64,000 bases of DNA from assembly GCA_030141605.1 (NCBI GenBank), contig JAQGDQ010000092.1:248001-312000 (forward strand), given 5' to 3'. This DNA is from Tubiluchus corallicola. Lineage: Eukaryota; Animalia; Priapulida. The stretch's first letter is position 1; the number at the start of each line of letters is the position of its first letter. Below the pieces are notes generated by a model that saw only the letters and a list, made by a program, of their open reading frames with translations, was not told where the DNA came from and did no database searches. Shown here piece after piece: positions 26,131-39,498 of this stretch. The position numbers and the translations under genes were made by a program.

Positions 26131-27675
26131 GGCATTGTGTAAAACTGGGTATTCTATAGAATGCCTAGGCATTTTATAGCATGTCAAAACAAACCAGAAA
26201 AAAGTGTCTAAAATAACCCATTCTATACTTTTCCTAGGCATTTTACAGAATGTCGAACAAATTTTAGTTAATACAGAAATAAAACATATGAATCTGGCCG
26301 CAGTCTTAATTCCTAGCTAAAGGAAGTGATCTGCCTGACTGAGCATCATGTCAGAGACCGTGATGTTGTACCCATTACTAGTAAAACAATTGACTCACCG
26401 GTATATTTGAACTGCTTGCTTAACTAATTTAGTACATTGTATAATGCATAGTGCAAATACCTATGAAAAGTTCGATTCAACACGAATTATGTTCATTTTA
26501 CACATCGCCAATGTCACTTAGCGCATTTTGTATAAATCCCAGCTATTATACAAAACGCCTAAACAAAGTGTGAAAAGCCGCAGCAAAAAGATTTATTTCA
26601 CAGTTTTCTCGAAATGCATAGATATTGTATCCAATATGCACTATATTGGAGGACTGATTCAATAGTCAAGCATCATATGCAAGTAAAGAATGCACATATT
26701 TTGAAGTTTTATGCTTTCTTGAGGAAAAACGAAGATTTTCCCTATTATGTGAAGAAAAGAGTCCTAGCTGGTGCGCTGTTGCCGGCAATATTCTACAGCT
26801 CCCAGAGTTGGAATACTGATAATAGGACTTATATGCCTTGCTCTACATATATGGGGTTAATAAAAGCTTTATTGGGCGTCAGACAGACTACCTGTAACGA
26901 CCTTGCTTTAATTAATCTATCTCCTTTAGTTTGGCTACGGTCTAGGCAGCAGAAAATATGGGCAAAACTTATGAGAAATACTTTTCGCCATGAACCTTTA
27001 TGTGTGTGGTGGGGTTTTGTGTTTGTTGGGTTGGTTTGGGGTTTTGTTGGTGTTTAACCTACTTGGATCTCGAAACTCCTCGTTTTGAATCGACAATTGT
27101 TGGAGCACCATCGGAGAAGCTTCACAAGAATGCGTCTTCATTCACATAGGCTGCGGATAGAAACGGGTAGATGGGCGAGACAGCCAAGGGAAAATAGGTT
27201 ATGTCTTTGCGGGGACATTCAAAATGAGAAACACGTTATACAGACATGCCCCCTAACATCTAATATTAGAAACCGAAACTCACTTCTTTGAGCACCCTAA
27301 TTGTTACATAATATGTCATGAAATTTTGCAACTTTTATGCTGATGTACTAATTAGTATGAAGTGAATGTCGTGTAGTAAAGTGAATAAATGGTGTGACAT
27401 CAGTTCTGCATATAGACATTTTGCTTATAAATTTACCTTTGTGTTCTTCAACAGTTTTTAAGTATTATACCTTGTATGTATAACACAGTTTTTAATGCTG
27501 TAACCTTGAGTAGAAAATGTGCATAAAGTGACATTTGGACTAAAATCACTAATGTATCGATTGTGGCATTTATCTCGTTCTTCATGTATACATGTAATTT
27601 GATTTAGTCAATAAACTACATACATACATATGAAATGACTAGGAATTTTATAAAATGTCTAAATTTTACACAGCC
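26131..27675. mobile_element. Non-autonomous TIR DNA element flanked by TA(TA), containing a LINE 3' fragment
   Basis: Left GGCATTGTGTAAAACTGGGTATTCTATAGAATGCCTAG versus right (reverse complement) GGCTGTGTAAAATTTAGACATTTTATAAAAATTCCTAG. TATA on both outer sides. Short subterminal repeats (ctaggcatttta). Confidence 0.55.
26650..27630 (+). mobile_element. 5'-truncated non-LTR retrotransposon (RTEX-like) 3' end
   Basis: Fragments LLPAIFYSSQSW, IKALLGVRQTTCNDLAL and RMRLHSHRLRIETGRWARQPRENRLCLCGDIQNEKHVIQTCP (C-terminal Cys/His knuckle), then AATAAA at about 27610 directly followed by a (TACA)n tail. Clade assignment is tentative. Confidence 0.8.
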
Positions 27676-27776
27676 TATAACATATGTGTCACTAGCAGCC
27701 AGACTAAGCTATAGAACTTTATAAGCTGAAAATCCTGGCTATAAGCAATTTAATAATTATAGCACGAGCACATGAG

Positions 27777-28549
27777 CAAAGCTGGGAGTACGGTACGGTA
27801 CGAAAAAAATATCGAACTTCGTACCACTAAAAATACCATAACGTAATTCCGTACCGTACCTATAAAATCGAATCGTACCGTACTAGTACGAATAAAATAT
27901 CGTACCGTAATTTCATAGCAGGGCATGTAGGATCTACTGTAAAAAGATAAAGAGTAACATAAACATTAATTGTAAAAACGATAGGCTTATCAATTATTGT
28001 TATGAATTTATGCATACTATATACACAGAACTGCTGTTTGAACTTCCATACTATTTATTTTAGATTAAAAAAGCTACGCAATACAGGCTATGCTATTATA
28101 TTATATACATAGCAGTCTGATGATAAAAATTATACTAAGCACAAGATGATATGACAAATCCTGCTTCCAAACAACTTGTGGCTTTGCAGTTTATAAACCA
28201 ATTTAGCGGTTTTGTTTGCATGTGTTCTGTGTTAATTAGGGGAGAACAGCGAGTTCCACACACGAGCAAAATAAGTCATCACGCTGAGTTGCTGACAAAT
28301 AGAAATGTTACAAGAAAATGGTGATAAATGGTATACAAAAGGAACGAAAAAGGTACGAAACGGTATTTAGTACCCTACCGTACCGTACCGCAATTTCGTA
28401 CCGTACTTATAAGCATTTTTATCGTACCGTAGCGTAATTTCGTACCGTACTTATAAGCATTTTTATCGTACCGTACCGCAATTTCGTACCGTACATATAA
28501 GCATTTTTATCGTACCGTAGCGTAATTTCGTACCGTACTGCCAGCCCTG
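27777..28549. mobile_element. hAT-superfamily MITE with GTACG/CGTAC subterminal repeats
   Basis: Exact 8-bp TSD CACATGAG (27769-27776, 28550-28557). TIR CAAAGCTGGGAGTACGGTACG versus reverse complement CAGGGCTGGCAGTACGGTACG. About 45-bp tandem repeats near the right end. Confidence 0.88.
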
Positions 28550-29761
28550 CACATGAGTGGCTATTATTGGGGGGCGAAATAGGTTCAATAGGCACTGATG
28601 GCAGTATTAGAATGAGGACGCCGTAACCAGCCCAACGAGCCGAACGACCAGCCTTTGCAGGTAGCAGTACCTGCAGACTTGTATTATTGCGGAACGGGTC
28701 ATCATATTGCGACCTAAATATGGATACAAGCAGTAGAAATGGAGTGCAAAGAGCTTTCCAACCAGTAGCCACCTTGGAAGTGGGACAAAAAACTTACACG
28801 TAGGACTGAAATAACCTTTACGCAGCCTGAACAACTGCCTGAGCATCCTTGTAATATAGGAACGTTACTGAACTGAACCTAACCACGGACCCCTCTGGAC
28901 GCTTTCATTTTCTTCTACACAACGCTGGACCTTATGCTGAAGATGATCATATTTGCTGAAGCCTTAACCCGGTCCGGACAGAGCCAGCTCTCCGATAATT
29001 GCGTTCGATTTCAGTCATTTCTTTTCACATTAATTCTTTTGCACAAAGTTTTCATATTTTAATTACTTGTAAATTACAATTTCGTAAGCGCTATGCTCTT
29101 AATCTCTTTCATGGTAAAAACTTTTTGGCGTTGCGCAACAGAAATTTTGTACTACTTTGATATTTGTAAACTTTGATATTTCTAAAATTTACTTTTCAAT
29201 AAAAAATATTTCTTCTTCTGCGTGCTTAATTCTGGTTTGAGGACGAACCATTTTCTGTAGAGGAGGTCAGTGTTACGGGGGTGAAATGACGTTTATTTTC
29301 GACCCCCCTCTACATTGTGATGGTTCGATCCATCACGAAGCCATTGCGTAACAGCATTGCATAACAGCTATAAGTAGCTGGTATGAAATGGTCTCGTCGG
29401 TACAGTCGGCAAACGGACAGGCGCGTTTACCACGTATGCACCTATTCTGTAATCATGATCAGCATGAGGAACGCAGGAAAAGATTCTGGCTAGTTTTCAT
29501 CTTAATTTTCTGTTTAACTTTTATATTTTTTCTCTATTTTCACGACTACAACATTTGTCTGCAACATGATTTGGCTGATCCAGATTTGAACCCTGAACCA
29601 CTTGGCTGCCTCCGTATCTGGTGTTACCGTGTATGCATTAATCATGCTAAGCTGCAATTACTAGTGGGCTTTGTTGGTGGACTAATGACATTATGCCGTA
29701 ATTGGGGTAACTTTGTTTAACGAATACGGAAATATATTTTAGTACTAATCAGATCGATTTA

Positions 29762-29803
<42 letters not shown>

Positions 29804-30862
29804 AATGAGTGACGCAGCTTATGTGGGAAACATTGTCAGTGTTAATCAACTCCATTTAAATTTATCTGCCGCTCAACGGAAAGAACACGTTACTGACGCC
29901 TTGCCCATAGGACGAGTGCGCGTGCCCGAGAACCAATTCCTCAGGACGAAGATATCCCGCCGCAAATGATTTCGTTGCAAGGGTTAGAAAGTATGGTACT
30001 AGTGTGATCAGTCACTGTCATGGTAGGGTAGTTGTATACGTGCATGTAAGCTGTGATCAGTCACTGTCATACTTACTAAAATGTCAAAATGGTTTCCAAA
30101 CTATCAAAGAATACCATTTACATGAAACTGATTCGATAAATTTTGAATAGCTCTACAATCTATCACGTAAATCTTATCACGTCTATCACAGTATAATTTA
30201 TATCTTACTCATAATGTAAAAATATGGTTTAAACGATATATAGTAGATAGATCTTAAGTCTTTACCGTAAAATAACGACTCACTTATTTTGAAATCACTC
30301 TCACAATTTTTATGCTGCATCTGCAAAGATTGTAATTAAACAGATCTAACTATAATATTATAGACATGTAAAGTATCTCGTGTAGGTTTGTTAATAAAGT
30401 TTGAGTTTTGAGGCAAATTTATTGGCCATTGAGACGCACATAAAACGCCATTCAGTAATCAGGATGAACTAATAAACTTAGTTTGGAAGCAGACTTGTTT
30501 GTCATTGAGCCCAAAACGAAGACTATTGTCGAACAACAACATGACCTACCGCTAAAAGCGTTGCTAGCAGTAAGAATTTCACAGATTAGAGTTTCGTGAT
30601 GAAGCCGAATCTAGGAAGCCAAATCTTTTAAACTGAATTTATTCGCTGAGTGAAACAAGTTTAAAATAATTAAAAATACAGGACAGCCAGTTATAATGAA
30701 TCTGCATTGTACGGAAAATCGGACCCAATCTTAAAGTGCAACTCAAAAACTATCTAACCTGTAAAATATTGAAAAGCACACACTATTTTCTAAAGAATGA
30801 TTTAGGGTGAAAGAATTATTACCACAGAAACCTAATTTCACGTTTACGCGACTATTTTTTAA

Positions 30863-33270
30863 ACCATTGCATGCATTTCGTCATTCCCTATTTAGATGGG
30901 CACTAGCGCCTACATCTCGGAAGGCACGTACAATTATAATAATAATTCTATTTTAGGGAATATTCTATTAAATTTTAGGAAAAATGAATCAAGTCAATAT
31001 GTAAAGAAACGACATGTAAAGAAGGTAAAAAATTCCAGTCTATCCACGATCAGTAATATAATAATTAATAAAATGGCCAAAATGCCCAAAACTTGCTCAA
31101 AATCTCTCCAAGCTATCCAAAATTTTGATTAGTACCTCCCAAACGACAGATATTGCAGTCCGCTAAGAGGGCTTGTCGTTGGTGCTGTTGTCATTGTCGT
31201 TGCAATTGCTGCTGTTCCTGTTGTTGTTGTGATTGTGATTGTCGTTGTTGTTGCTGCTGCTTTTACTCTTGTTATCATTCTTACGATTGGCCTTATATAC
31301 TCCTACACAAGCCTAGTCAAACGTTGTTATTGTATCAAGATATATGAAACATCGTTTTGCTTTTAACGGGAGACTCGTATTTTCATAACTGCCACGGCTT
31401 CTAGGAAGATTTATCAATTCCGAAATTTGCGGATCGTTCATCATTGTTAATGGTCTAATTGCATTTATATTTTATCCTCTGAAAACATCAGCTGTCACAA
31501 CAAGGACGACTAAAATTACAAACAGCATAAATATTGTTGAGTACAAATTAGCTTCATCAGAAAAAATGGCGGCAGTTTCGGCAAATGGAAGTGGTCTTTG
31601 ATTATTCCTTATTTTTCAAGACAATTTACAACATTGGAAATCAGTTGTACAGTTCGCACAGTTCTACACTAATAATTCACAATGTTGTATGTGAAAGCAA
31701 AGAACAAAATGAAAAAAGTTTTATCCTCGATTTTATTGTTCTTCCTTCTCTTTTTGTTTTCTTCTAATCTTTTTGTTGAATTCTTCTTTTCCAGGATGAC
31801 TTTTAAGTTGGTAATTGAAGAAATATGCAGTAAAATCAGACACAATCAATGGTTTTCGATGCGGGTTTGTGCTATTGCCACTAACGCGTTACGATACCAG
31901 CCCAGTTCAAGTGCCAGTAGGATCGATCAGAAATTAGGCGACTTCTAATTTTCTGCCTTGCTACTGAATCTATAGTTTAGTAGTCGCATAAAAGGTTTTG
32001 TGAGAATCTGATGGATTAGCTGCTCACCGGAACTCCTAATTACTTCTACTGCCTAATAAACCATAGTGGCTATTGGTGTTTCTGTTCAGCCAGTATTATG
32101 ATGATGGAAAATTAGTTGTTAGCTCGTAGTACTGACCAAACGCACTTAATTAAATCAGACTTTTTGTAGGTACAAAATGTTAGCATCACATTTTTATTTA
32201 ATTGGATTTATTTACTGACAAAATGGAGAGCAGGTCTACAGCAATTAATAAAACTTCTCACAGCTAGTGTGAGAAATGCTAAAACGGCAAATCTTATAGC
32301 ACAACACTTTGATTCTTTTAGCTCCTAAACTCGGTTGTTTGTCAAGCGAATGCTCACCCGTGAACGGACAATTAATTGATTTAAAAATTTCCTTCTTGCA
32401 CTCAGTATAAAAACTTGACATTCTGTAATAGTCATTCTTTAATCATTACAAATATGAGATCGTGATTGTCAAAAAACAAGTAAATCGGAAAGGTATATAT
32501 TATTTACTGCAGCAAAAACGACAGCTGCTGTGTTTCGTTCTTTGGTATTCTTTCTTGAGGATATATGTGTAAGACCTTTTTGTCCATTCTCATCAAAATA
32601 ATTTCCTGTTGTAAAACCATCTCTGCCTGCTGCAACACAGGATTTTTTCAGGAAAATATTCCACAATAATTGAAAATGACTCTTGGGGTTCATTTGTTTG
32701 AACATGAAGGTCGAGTGCAAAGTGACATTGGTCTTTAGTGCAAAAGCTGTACAAGACATGCGTGCTGAAGCTTAAAGGATTCATACCCTAGCCCATTTTG
32801 AAGCACTGTAAAAAGTATACATTTCAACACCTACAATAATTCCAAACGATTTCTGATAATTATACAATAGCAGATTGTATAACTGCTATAATGACACAAT
32901 GTATTTAATTAGCAGCGGGCTATTTCAGCTGGTGACGACATTACAACTTTCATCATTTAAACAGAATTTTCAACAGCACTAATATTGCACGCGTCGCGAA
33001 CAGCGCATGTTTGCGAAAGCAAAAATTGAAGTACAAAGCTAGTACAACATTCAGTGTGATACACAGAAAAAAATTAAATTGAAAAATTGAAATTTCAAGT
33101 TTACCGCTGTGCTCACGTATACAAGTTTTGCGCAAGCTCTGAACATGTGCGTACATCACAACTGAACTACATTTGAATTGAGAGGTACAACGTCTGTTTT
33201 TTGTGCAACGCATTTTCGAGATCTAGGCGCTAGTGCCCATCTAACTAGGAAATGACAAAACTGTGCATGG
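30863..33270. mobile_element. Degenerate TIR element, piggyBac-like
   Basis: About 65-bp inverted pair: TCGTCATTCCCTATTTAGATGGGCACTAGCGCCTACATCTCG (left) versus reverse complement TTGTCATTTCCTAGTTAGATGGGCACTAGCGCCTAGATCTCG (right). TTAA at 30859-30862 and CTAA at 33271-33274. No clear transposase ORF. Confidence 0.6.
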
Positions 33271-33944
33271 CTAAATCAGCACTAATCCTTCATCTAGCTT
33301 GTAACTGAGTTATCCTCACTCATTACTTGTGTGTAAGGTATAACAAGTTCACTGTTAAACAGGAACAAAGAAGACCTAAATCAGCCCGGAATAAATTGGA
33401 AGAACTTACTGAACAATCTCTTTAACTTGAGCGAAGAGTATTATCGAAAACACAGCAAGCAAAACAGTAAGACCTATCCAATATTCATGAGACAAACTGC
33501 TGTAGTTTGACCAAAATGTCAACCAAATGTTGAAACAAACAATGCTTCTGAGACTTGAGTCTTCTATGCGTGTCGGTGTTGCATAGTTTACTTACAATTT
33601 TTACTAAAATGAGCGTTACTTTCACATCGGGCCCTGACAATTTCAATAATATAAGCACATTACACGTAACACGATTTGCGTGACAGTGGCCAATTTTGTA
33701 AGAAATTTGACACTACAGGCAATGCACGGTATTATTTATAATCCATTATTACAAATTTCGAAAAGCAGTTATCATATCGCTGCTAACCGATGTTTAATAA
33801 AAATCATTGACCAGGTACTTACATTTACGGTTGCAACTAATTATGTATCTCATCTCTACATCGCTGAATAATCTACGCTTTTTCTGCAAAATAAGGCAGA
33901 CCTGCCATTTCTCTTTAGGTGCTTATTTGTTGTTCACGTACTCG

Positions 33945-35095
33945 ACACTTATTTGTTTTTTGTTTGTGTGTGTTTGTTGTGTTTGCTTACTTACGTTGTT
34001 GTTTGTTTATTTTTATTGTATGTATGATTATTTTTTGTTTGTATGTTTGTCTCTTTGTTTGTTTGCTTGGGTGTCTGTATTTTTGTTTGTTTGCTTGCTT
34101 GCTTACTTGCTTGCTTGTTAGCTGGGATAGTTGCATTCACTTACCTTGTTTTTGCTTTTTTGCTTTGCTAGCTTACTTATCAGTTCGGTCGTTCACCTAA
34201 TAGTCAGTCAGTTGATGGTTGGTCGATCGTCAGTGAAATGGTAGTCAGTAGGTGACGGTCTGATAGCCAAGGCCAGATTATCCTATAGGCTAGTATAGGC
34301 TGCAGCCTAGGGCCCCTAAAGCTTGGGTAACATTTGGTAAAAAAATGTTTTTTCACTATGGTTGTGTTCAAATATCTGCTAATTTGGGTTACAAAAAATA
34401 GTAAAATAGTGATATTTCTTAAAGAATATTTCTATTGGCAAACACAAGATAGCTATTCTAGTCTTATTTAAAGAATTTGCAATAAGTTTACTTCATGCTA
34501 TGTCACTGAAATATGTCACGAGTAAAAAAATATTCGAGACGGGTGCGAGCGCATTAAAGGGTGGCTAAGCCTTAGGGCCCCCCAAAATTTCATTAGCTTA
34601 GGGACCCCAAAACGTCATAATCTGGCCCTGCTGATAGCGGCTGGTAGACTAACAGGTTTGGTCGGTGAATCGTTACATGATTTGTTAGTTATTTATTACT
34701 ATTTCTGTTTGTAGGTTATTTATTACTAGCGTCTCACTTGTATATTTATTACATGTCTGTCTGCATGACTATCTGCCTGTCGTTTGCTCATTTTCTGTAG
34801 GTTAGTCAGGAAGGAAGAAAGGAAGGAAAGAAGGCAGTTGGTTATGAAGCTACTCAGAAAAAATTGTTGCTAGCTTGTTTACTTATTTACTTATTTACTT
34901 GTCGACTTGCTTACTCACTCACTCATTCACTATCACGCATTCACCTCTCATCCCTCACTCCCTCACTTAATCATTTGCTTACTTACCTATCTACCTACCT
35001 ACCTACCTACCTAACTATCTACTTACCTACTTACCTACCTACCTAACGGCCTATCTACCTACCTACCAACCTACTTTCCTACCTACCTACTTCCC
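33945..35095. repeat. Degenerate tetranucleotide low-complexity region (TTTG/TTGC/CTAC) into which the 34268-34630 MITE inserted
   Basis: Direct reading. Confidence 0.8.
34268..34630. mobile_element. hAT-superfamily MITE
   Basis: Exact 8-bp TSD CTGATAGC (34260-34267, 34631-34638). TIR CAAGGCCAGATTA versus reverse complement CAGGGCCAGATTA. Internal tagggcccc motifs. Confidence 0.88.
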
Positions 35096-38000
35096 TTTTT
35101 CAGCATGGAAGAGACTTTGACAAATATTGCGAGTAAAAAGCCGCAGTACGATGCTCTTACAGTTCGCGTAACAGAAATGCATATTACTGACTCTCGTCTC
35201 TTACAAGTTTTTGCTAACAGGATTTTGCCAGCCATGTAAGCCAATTGTCCAATTCATGGTAGAGATGTTATTTTCAGAAAATAAAGTTTTACGTTAAACG
35301 GAATTTGCAAATAAATCATAACCCGTGAAAAGTAATCAACTTTGTGCGACGTTTCTTTGCACGAGAGGAGAGATCGACAACAAGATTACAGAAAAATTTG
35401 CAGCTAGCGACGTATGCAAATCACCGATAAATTATTTGTAGAAACTTTTCCCTGAGACGCTTTGATCGTCGGAACAAAATTAATTTTTAATTATTCTCCT
35501 GGCTTGGAGAAATAAATGATGGCTGTCCAGACTGGCGTAAATATTTTACAATGTTTAAAATCACTGCACCTTTACATTGCGGCAGATTAATGATAATGAA
35601 GTGTTATGGGCTTCCATTCCACATAACTACTTTTCTGAAATAAATTAGGTCATCCTTCGGTCAACGGAACCGCTTGCACCACTCATTTCTCTAGTTAATC
35701 CTATCTAAATGTTCATTGTCACTTGTGGAATAAAACGTTTCTTAAAAGGTTTTTTGCAATCAACTGTCAATGCAGTTTTGTTTTATATTAAAAGAATGCT
35801 ATACAATCATACAACAAAAACGCTATCGGTAGCAGTGACGAAGCAGCACGCCAGGATTGGCTCAGTTTCGCCTGAACTTGCCTTACGATTTATATATATA
35901 TATATATGATATATCAGCTAAAATGCGATGTAAGCGTAGCTATTGCAAAAAATACGCGTGTTTTAGAGTGTAGTGACTGAGTTAGCAATACATTACTAAA
36001 TAAAGTTCTCATTTGTTTGCCGTCACTCATCTCTGTAACCGGACGCCATTGGAAATTCTCATAACAATCATTAAACAATGATCATATCCTTTTAATCAGA
36101 CTCGCACCAGAACCGTGAGATTGAATCTTTGTACTGTTCCTGCTACCGACAGGCACGCTTCTTTAGTGATGTCTAGTCTGCTTGTACATATGTGCCTTAC
36201 ACGTATCTTACACGTTTTATGTGCGTACTAGTTACTTTTTAAGACTACACGACGTCTACAAGACTCACTAGCAAGTTTTTGATGTGATTATTCATCGCGT
36301 TACATTCCTTTAGTAAATCCAGGCTAAATATCTCCCGGTGTCTCTCTTTCCATGACAGATGCAAGAAAGAACATCTCTGGAAGGATATAGCACTCGCATC
36401 GTTATCTCTAGTAGCAACGTCAGCGGTTTACAGATGAATGTTTGGTTGTCAATGCATTCATAAATATTTCAACTTCAGCTCAAGTTTATTGCAAAGTGCC
36501 GGATTAAACCGAAATTTTTCAAAATTTTGGTCCCTATCTTCTGATCTTCAGCCTAACGATTCGGTGCGTCGAAATCAGTCAGGGGATTAAACAGGAAAGA
36601 TTCAGACATTTTGCAAATCTGCAGTATGATTAATGAAGCAATATCCATCGTGCGGACTTTTAACAAGCTGCAACGAATCGGATTTTTAGGCAGAACAAAA
36701 TTTATGAAGAAATGTTTATAGCCTAAGCGGCTATCCATGTTATAAATCTGTTTAATGTGAGTTTGAAAATTTCTGCACAGCTCTAAAATTAAAATGCTGT
36801 ATTTCTTACTTTGAACCACGCATGCGCTTTCAGGTCTACCAATAGCGAAAAATAAGTCACCCAGAAAGTACAGGCTACAATAAGACATTTACGGATTCAT
36901 TCAGGTTTTAGTTAACTAAAACAAAAACATCCCAGAGGTATACTATGCACACTACTTATTATACACGTAAAATGTTTCCGTGTAAAAAAGCAACGAAAAA
37001 GCAACAGAATTTCTTTATTCGTTTACATGAAGATTTGTTGACGGGGAAACATAGTTTTTCTCTGTTTTTTTTTGTTTGATAATTTTTTTATAATGCACGG
37101 TCGTTCACACCACTATATTTGACTTTTATTTTGAAAGGTACAAGCCGCGAAAATATTTACATTAAGACGTTTATCAGCAAGCTAGCAGAGCGGATACGGT
37201 AACTTCTCCTCACAGCTTCTTTGATCGTGTTATTTATTATACCGACTTCAACAAGTAAAACACGCATAAAATCTTCTCGACTGCCGTAAAGACTTCGCTA
37301 AATTCACTGTTTACAAAGCCAAACTGTTTTTATTATAGCTGAAGTTGTTCTGCAGTCGACAGCAGCGAATGAGTTGAAGTTGGACTCTTACGACTATCGA
37401 AAGTCGTTAGATCCAAAAGAGAATTTTAATCACTAAGCAGATGAAACAATATCAACTGCAGGAACAAAATAATCACTGTAAATGCGACGTTAACAGCAAA
37501 AAATTGGTGAAATTAGCCTCGCCTCAACATATTTCAGTTCTCTACGTTGTTTCATCTTAAAGTTTAAACAATTGCTTATAGCGTGTGGCTTCTTGGCGCA
37601 TCATAAAGTAAAAAGGGTAGAAATTAAAAACTGCAACTGCAAATGGCGAATTTTGTAAACATGCAAACTAATTAGACTTGTTAAACTTGCAATATCAAAT
37701 TTGAAAAAACGTTGCTCCATCATCCGTATGATAAGTAGACAGGAAACGTGAGTGAACAGTTTTTGCCTTCAGTTGTTTTGCAAACCGGTAAACTTATGGA
37801 AGAAAATCTCTATTTTCGTGTTGTGCTTTATCTATGTTGCATTGATATAGTTGTTTACTTGATATTTATGTCAAAAGGCACAAGGACACAAAGTATTGGG
37901 CACACGTACAAGTCGTTTTACAGACCAGAAATATTGGTAGACTGGTTCCTACTCTATGGCCACTCCAAAACTATTTTTCTTTCGCTTTAATTCTTTCTTT

Positions 38001-38723
38001 TATTATTGTATAGACACTTAACGCATTCAGCGTTTTATAGCCCAAAAACGTGGCTTCATACATACGTGACAGCTTGTATTAGAACTGCGTGAAGCCATTA
38101 GCGAGAATCAGAATTTGGTGCCACGTCGATTGGATTTGTACAAGTTTTTCTGCAGGAAGCGTTTAATTGGTTTGATTGAAAACCTAGTGATCATGCTGAG
38201 ACTATAATAATGTTTGTAAATACGCCTAAGAGCGATCTGCAGCAAGCGTATTATTCTGGTAAATAAACTAGCATGACTTGACTAAAGAACGTGAAACGTT
38301 ACTTATAAAATACATTTTGTGTAGTGAATACATCTAATCGTATAGGAAAGGAGTAGTAAAATCCGCCATCCACCTAGGTATGAGCTTTTGGATTGTACGG
38401 TTATGCATTTTTTATTATTTTTGCTTAACAGGTGCTTATTCAAAACCATTAAAGGAATGCCACTCTTTAAGATTGACACTCGTGCTCAGTGTTCCAATAA
38501 GTCAATAAATCAAGTTGTTCAGTTTTGCTTATTAAACAATTGTGACAAAGTGTGTTACAACATTTTTATGACAATATAAAGTTGTCCTGGGCGTCTTCAG
38601 ATGTTAAGGATAAATGTTATTTTGTATGCAAGACCAGGAGACTGGGTTGGTGTGAATAGTGTCCAGAGATTCCAAAAGCATACCATTGTCCACAGTCTGA
38701 GAAACAAAAGTATTGCCACTTAC

Positions 38724-39498
38724 CAACTTCGCAATGGATCCCTTCATAGTTTGAGTTGTCGCACTCACAGATGGCTCCAGTGTCGGTGCTAATGCATGAG
38801 GTGTCGTGGAGGCAAGGATTGTCCAATTCACAGTACTCTTGCTGCACATAGCGCAGTCCAACACTTTCTACAATTTGAGGGTGTAGCTCTTTGTGACCCT
38901 CAAAAAATACTATATTCTTTAATGAACCGCGGAAGTGTTTCTCAAAAGCGATGCTAGGCAAAGCTAGACGGGCCACACTGGCCGCTAAGAGGGGAGGTAT
39001 CCCGCCAAAAAACACAGGAGAGTTTGAGTTATTTCCAAACTGTACATTCTCTTGAATCAAATGCAAGTTTTTTGTGTTTTTATCTACAGTTAAATACACC
39101 AAGGCATTGTTGCGAGTAATTTCTACATGGTGCCATAGTTTATCACTAAGACCATTACCAACTCTAGTTATAAGGATGTTGTTTTCGTCTAATCTCATAT
39201 GAAGTTGAACACTGCTAGACACCAATTTTACCTCTAGAAAATCTTTATCTGCAATTCCACCGTCGTCCATGTACATTAAAAGTGCCATTTGTTGGTCAGT
39301 TTTAAAATCAAATTTTAACACTGCGTCAAGGCCTATCTTCCAACTGGGGTACTTCAAGTAAGAGTTTTTTGACCCATCTAATATAGATGTTTGAGAATCT
39401 GATATAATAATTAATATGACAAACAGAACGCAGAGCATTTTAACTGGCTCACCCGGTGAGAAAGCGAAATTATTAAAATTTATCGTAGCATATGCCAT
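38724..39498 (-). CDS. Nrx-1: Alpha-neurexin (Nrx-1/NRXN-like), first coding exon: signal peptide + laminin-G domain 1 + EGF-like domain 1; gene continues beyond this exon
   Basis: Translation shows neurexin LamG1 motifs (LDGSKNSY..W, FDFKTDQQMALLMYMDDGG..DFLEVKLV, LSDKLWHHVEITRN, VFFGGIP, LALPSIAFEKHFRGSLKN) followed by a 6-Cys EGF (CELDNPCLHDTSCISTDTGAICECDNSNYEGIHCE). The hydrophobic signal peptide begins at the second Met (39438, MLCVLFVILIIISDSQT). A consensus donor G|GTAAGT lies at 38723 (phase 1, 775 coding nt), so the ORF-track extension to 38617 is intronic. Orthology is from recalled similarity to insect Nrx-1 and vertebrate NRXN. Confidence 0.92.

Noticed and set aside
28380-28545. 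Regularly spaced ~45-bp repeats superficially like a CRISPR array
   Set aside because: The units are near-identical with no unique spacers; they are subterminal repeats of the hAT MITE in a eukaryotic context.
28850-29020. Minus-strand fragments faintly like a MADF/Myb domain (KYDHLQHKVQR, KKMKASRG)
   Set aside because: Requires multiple frameshifts and stops; similarity is too weak to support by eye.
29321-29343. tRNA T-arm-like hairpin GATGGTTCGATCCATC followed by ACGAAGCCA
   Set aside because: The loop is 6 nt and there is no matching 5' acceptor strand, D-arm or anticodon arm. At most a SINE B-box relic.
38617-38723. C-terminal extension KWQYFCF...LHTK of the 293-aa neurexin ORF
   Set aside because: It lies beyond a consensus GTAAGT donor immediately after the EGF domain and has no neurexin similarity. 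Treated as intron, although a truncated isoform cannot be excluded.
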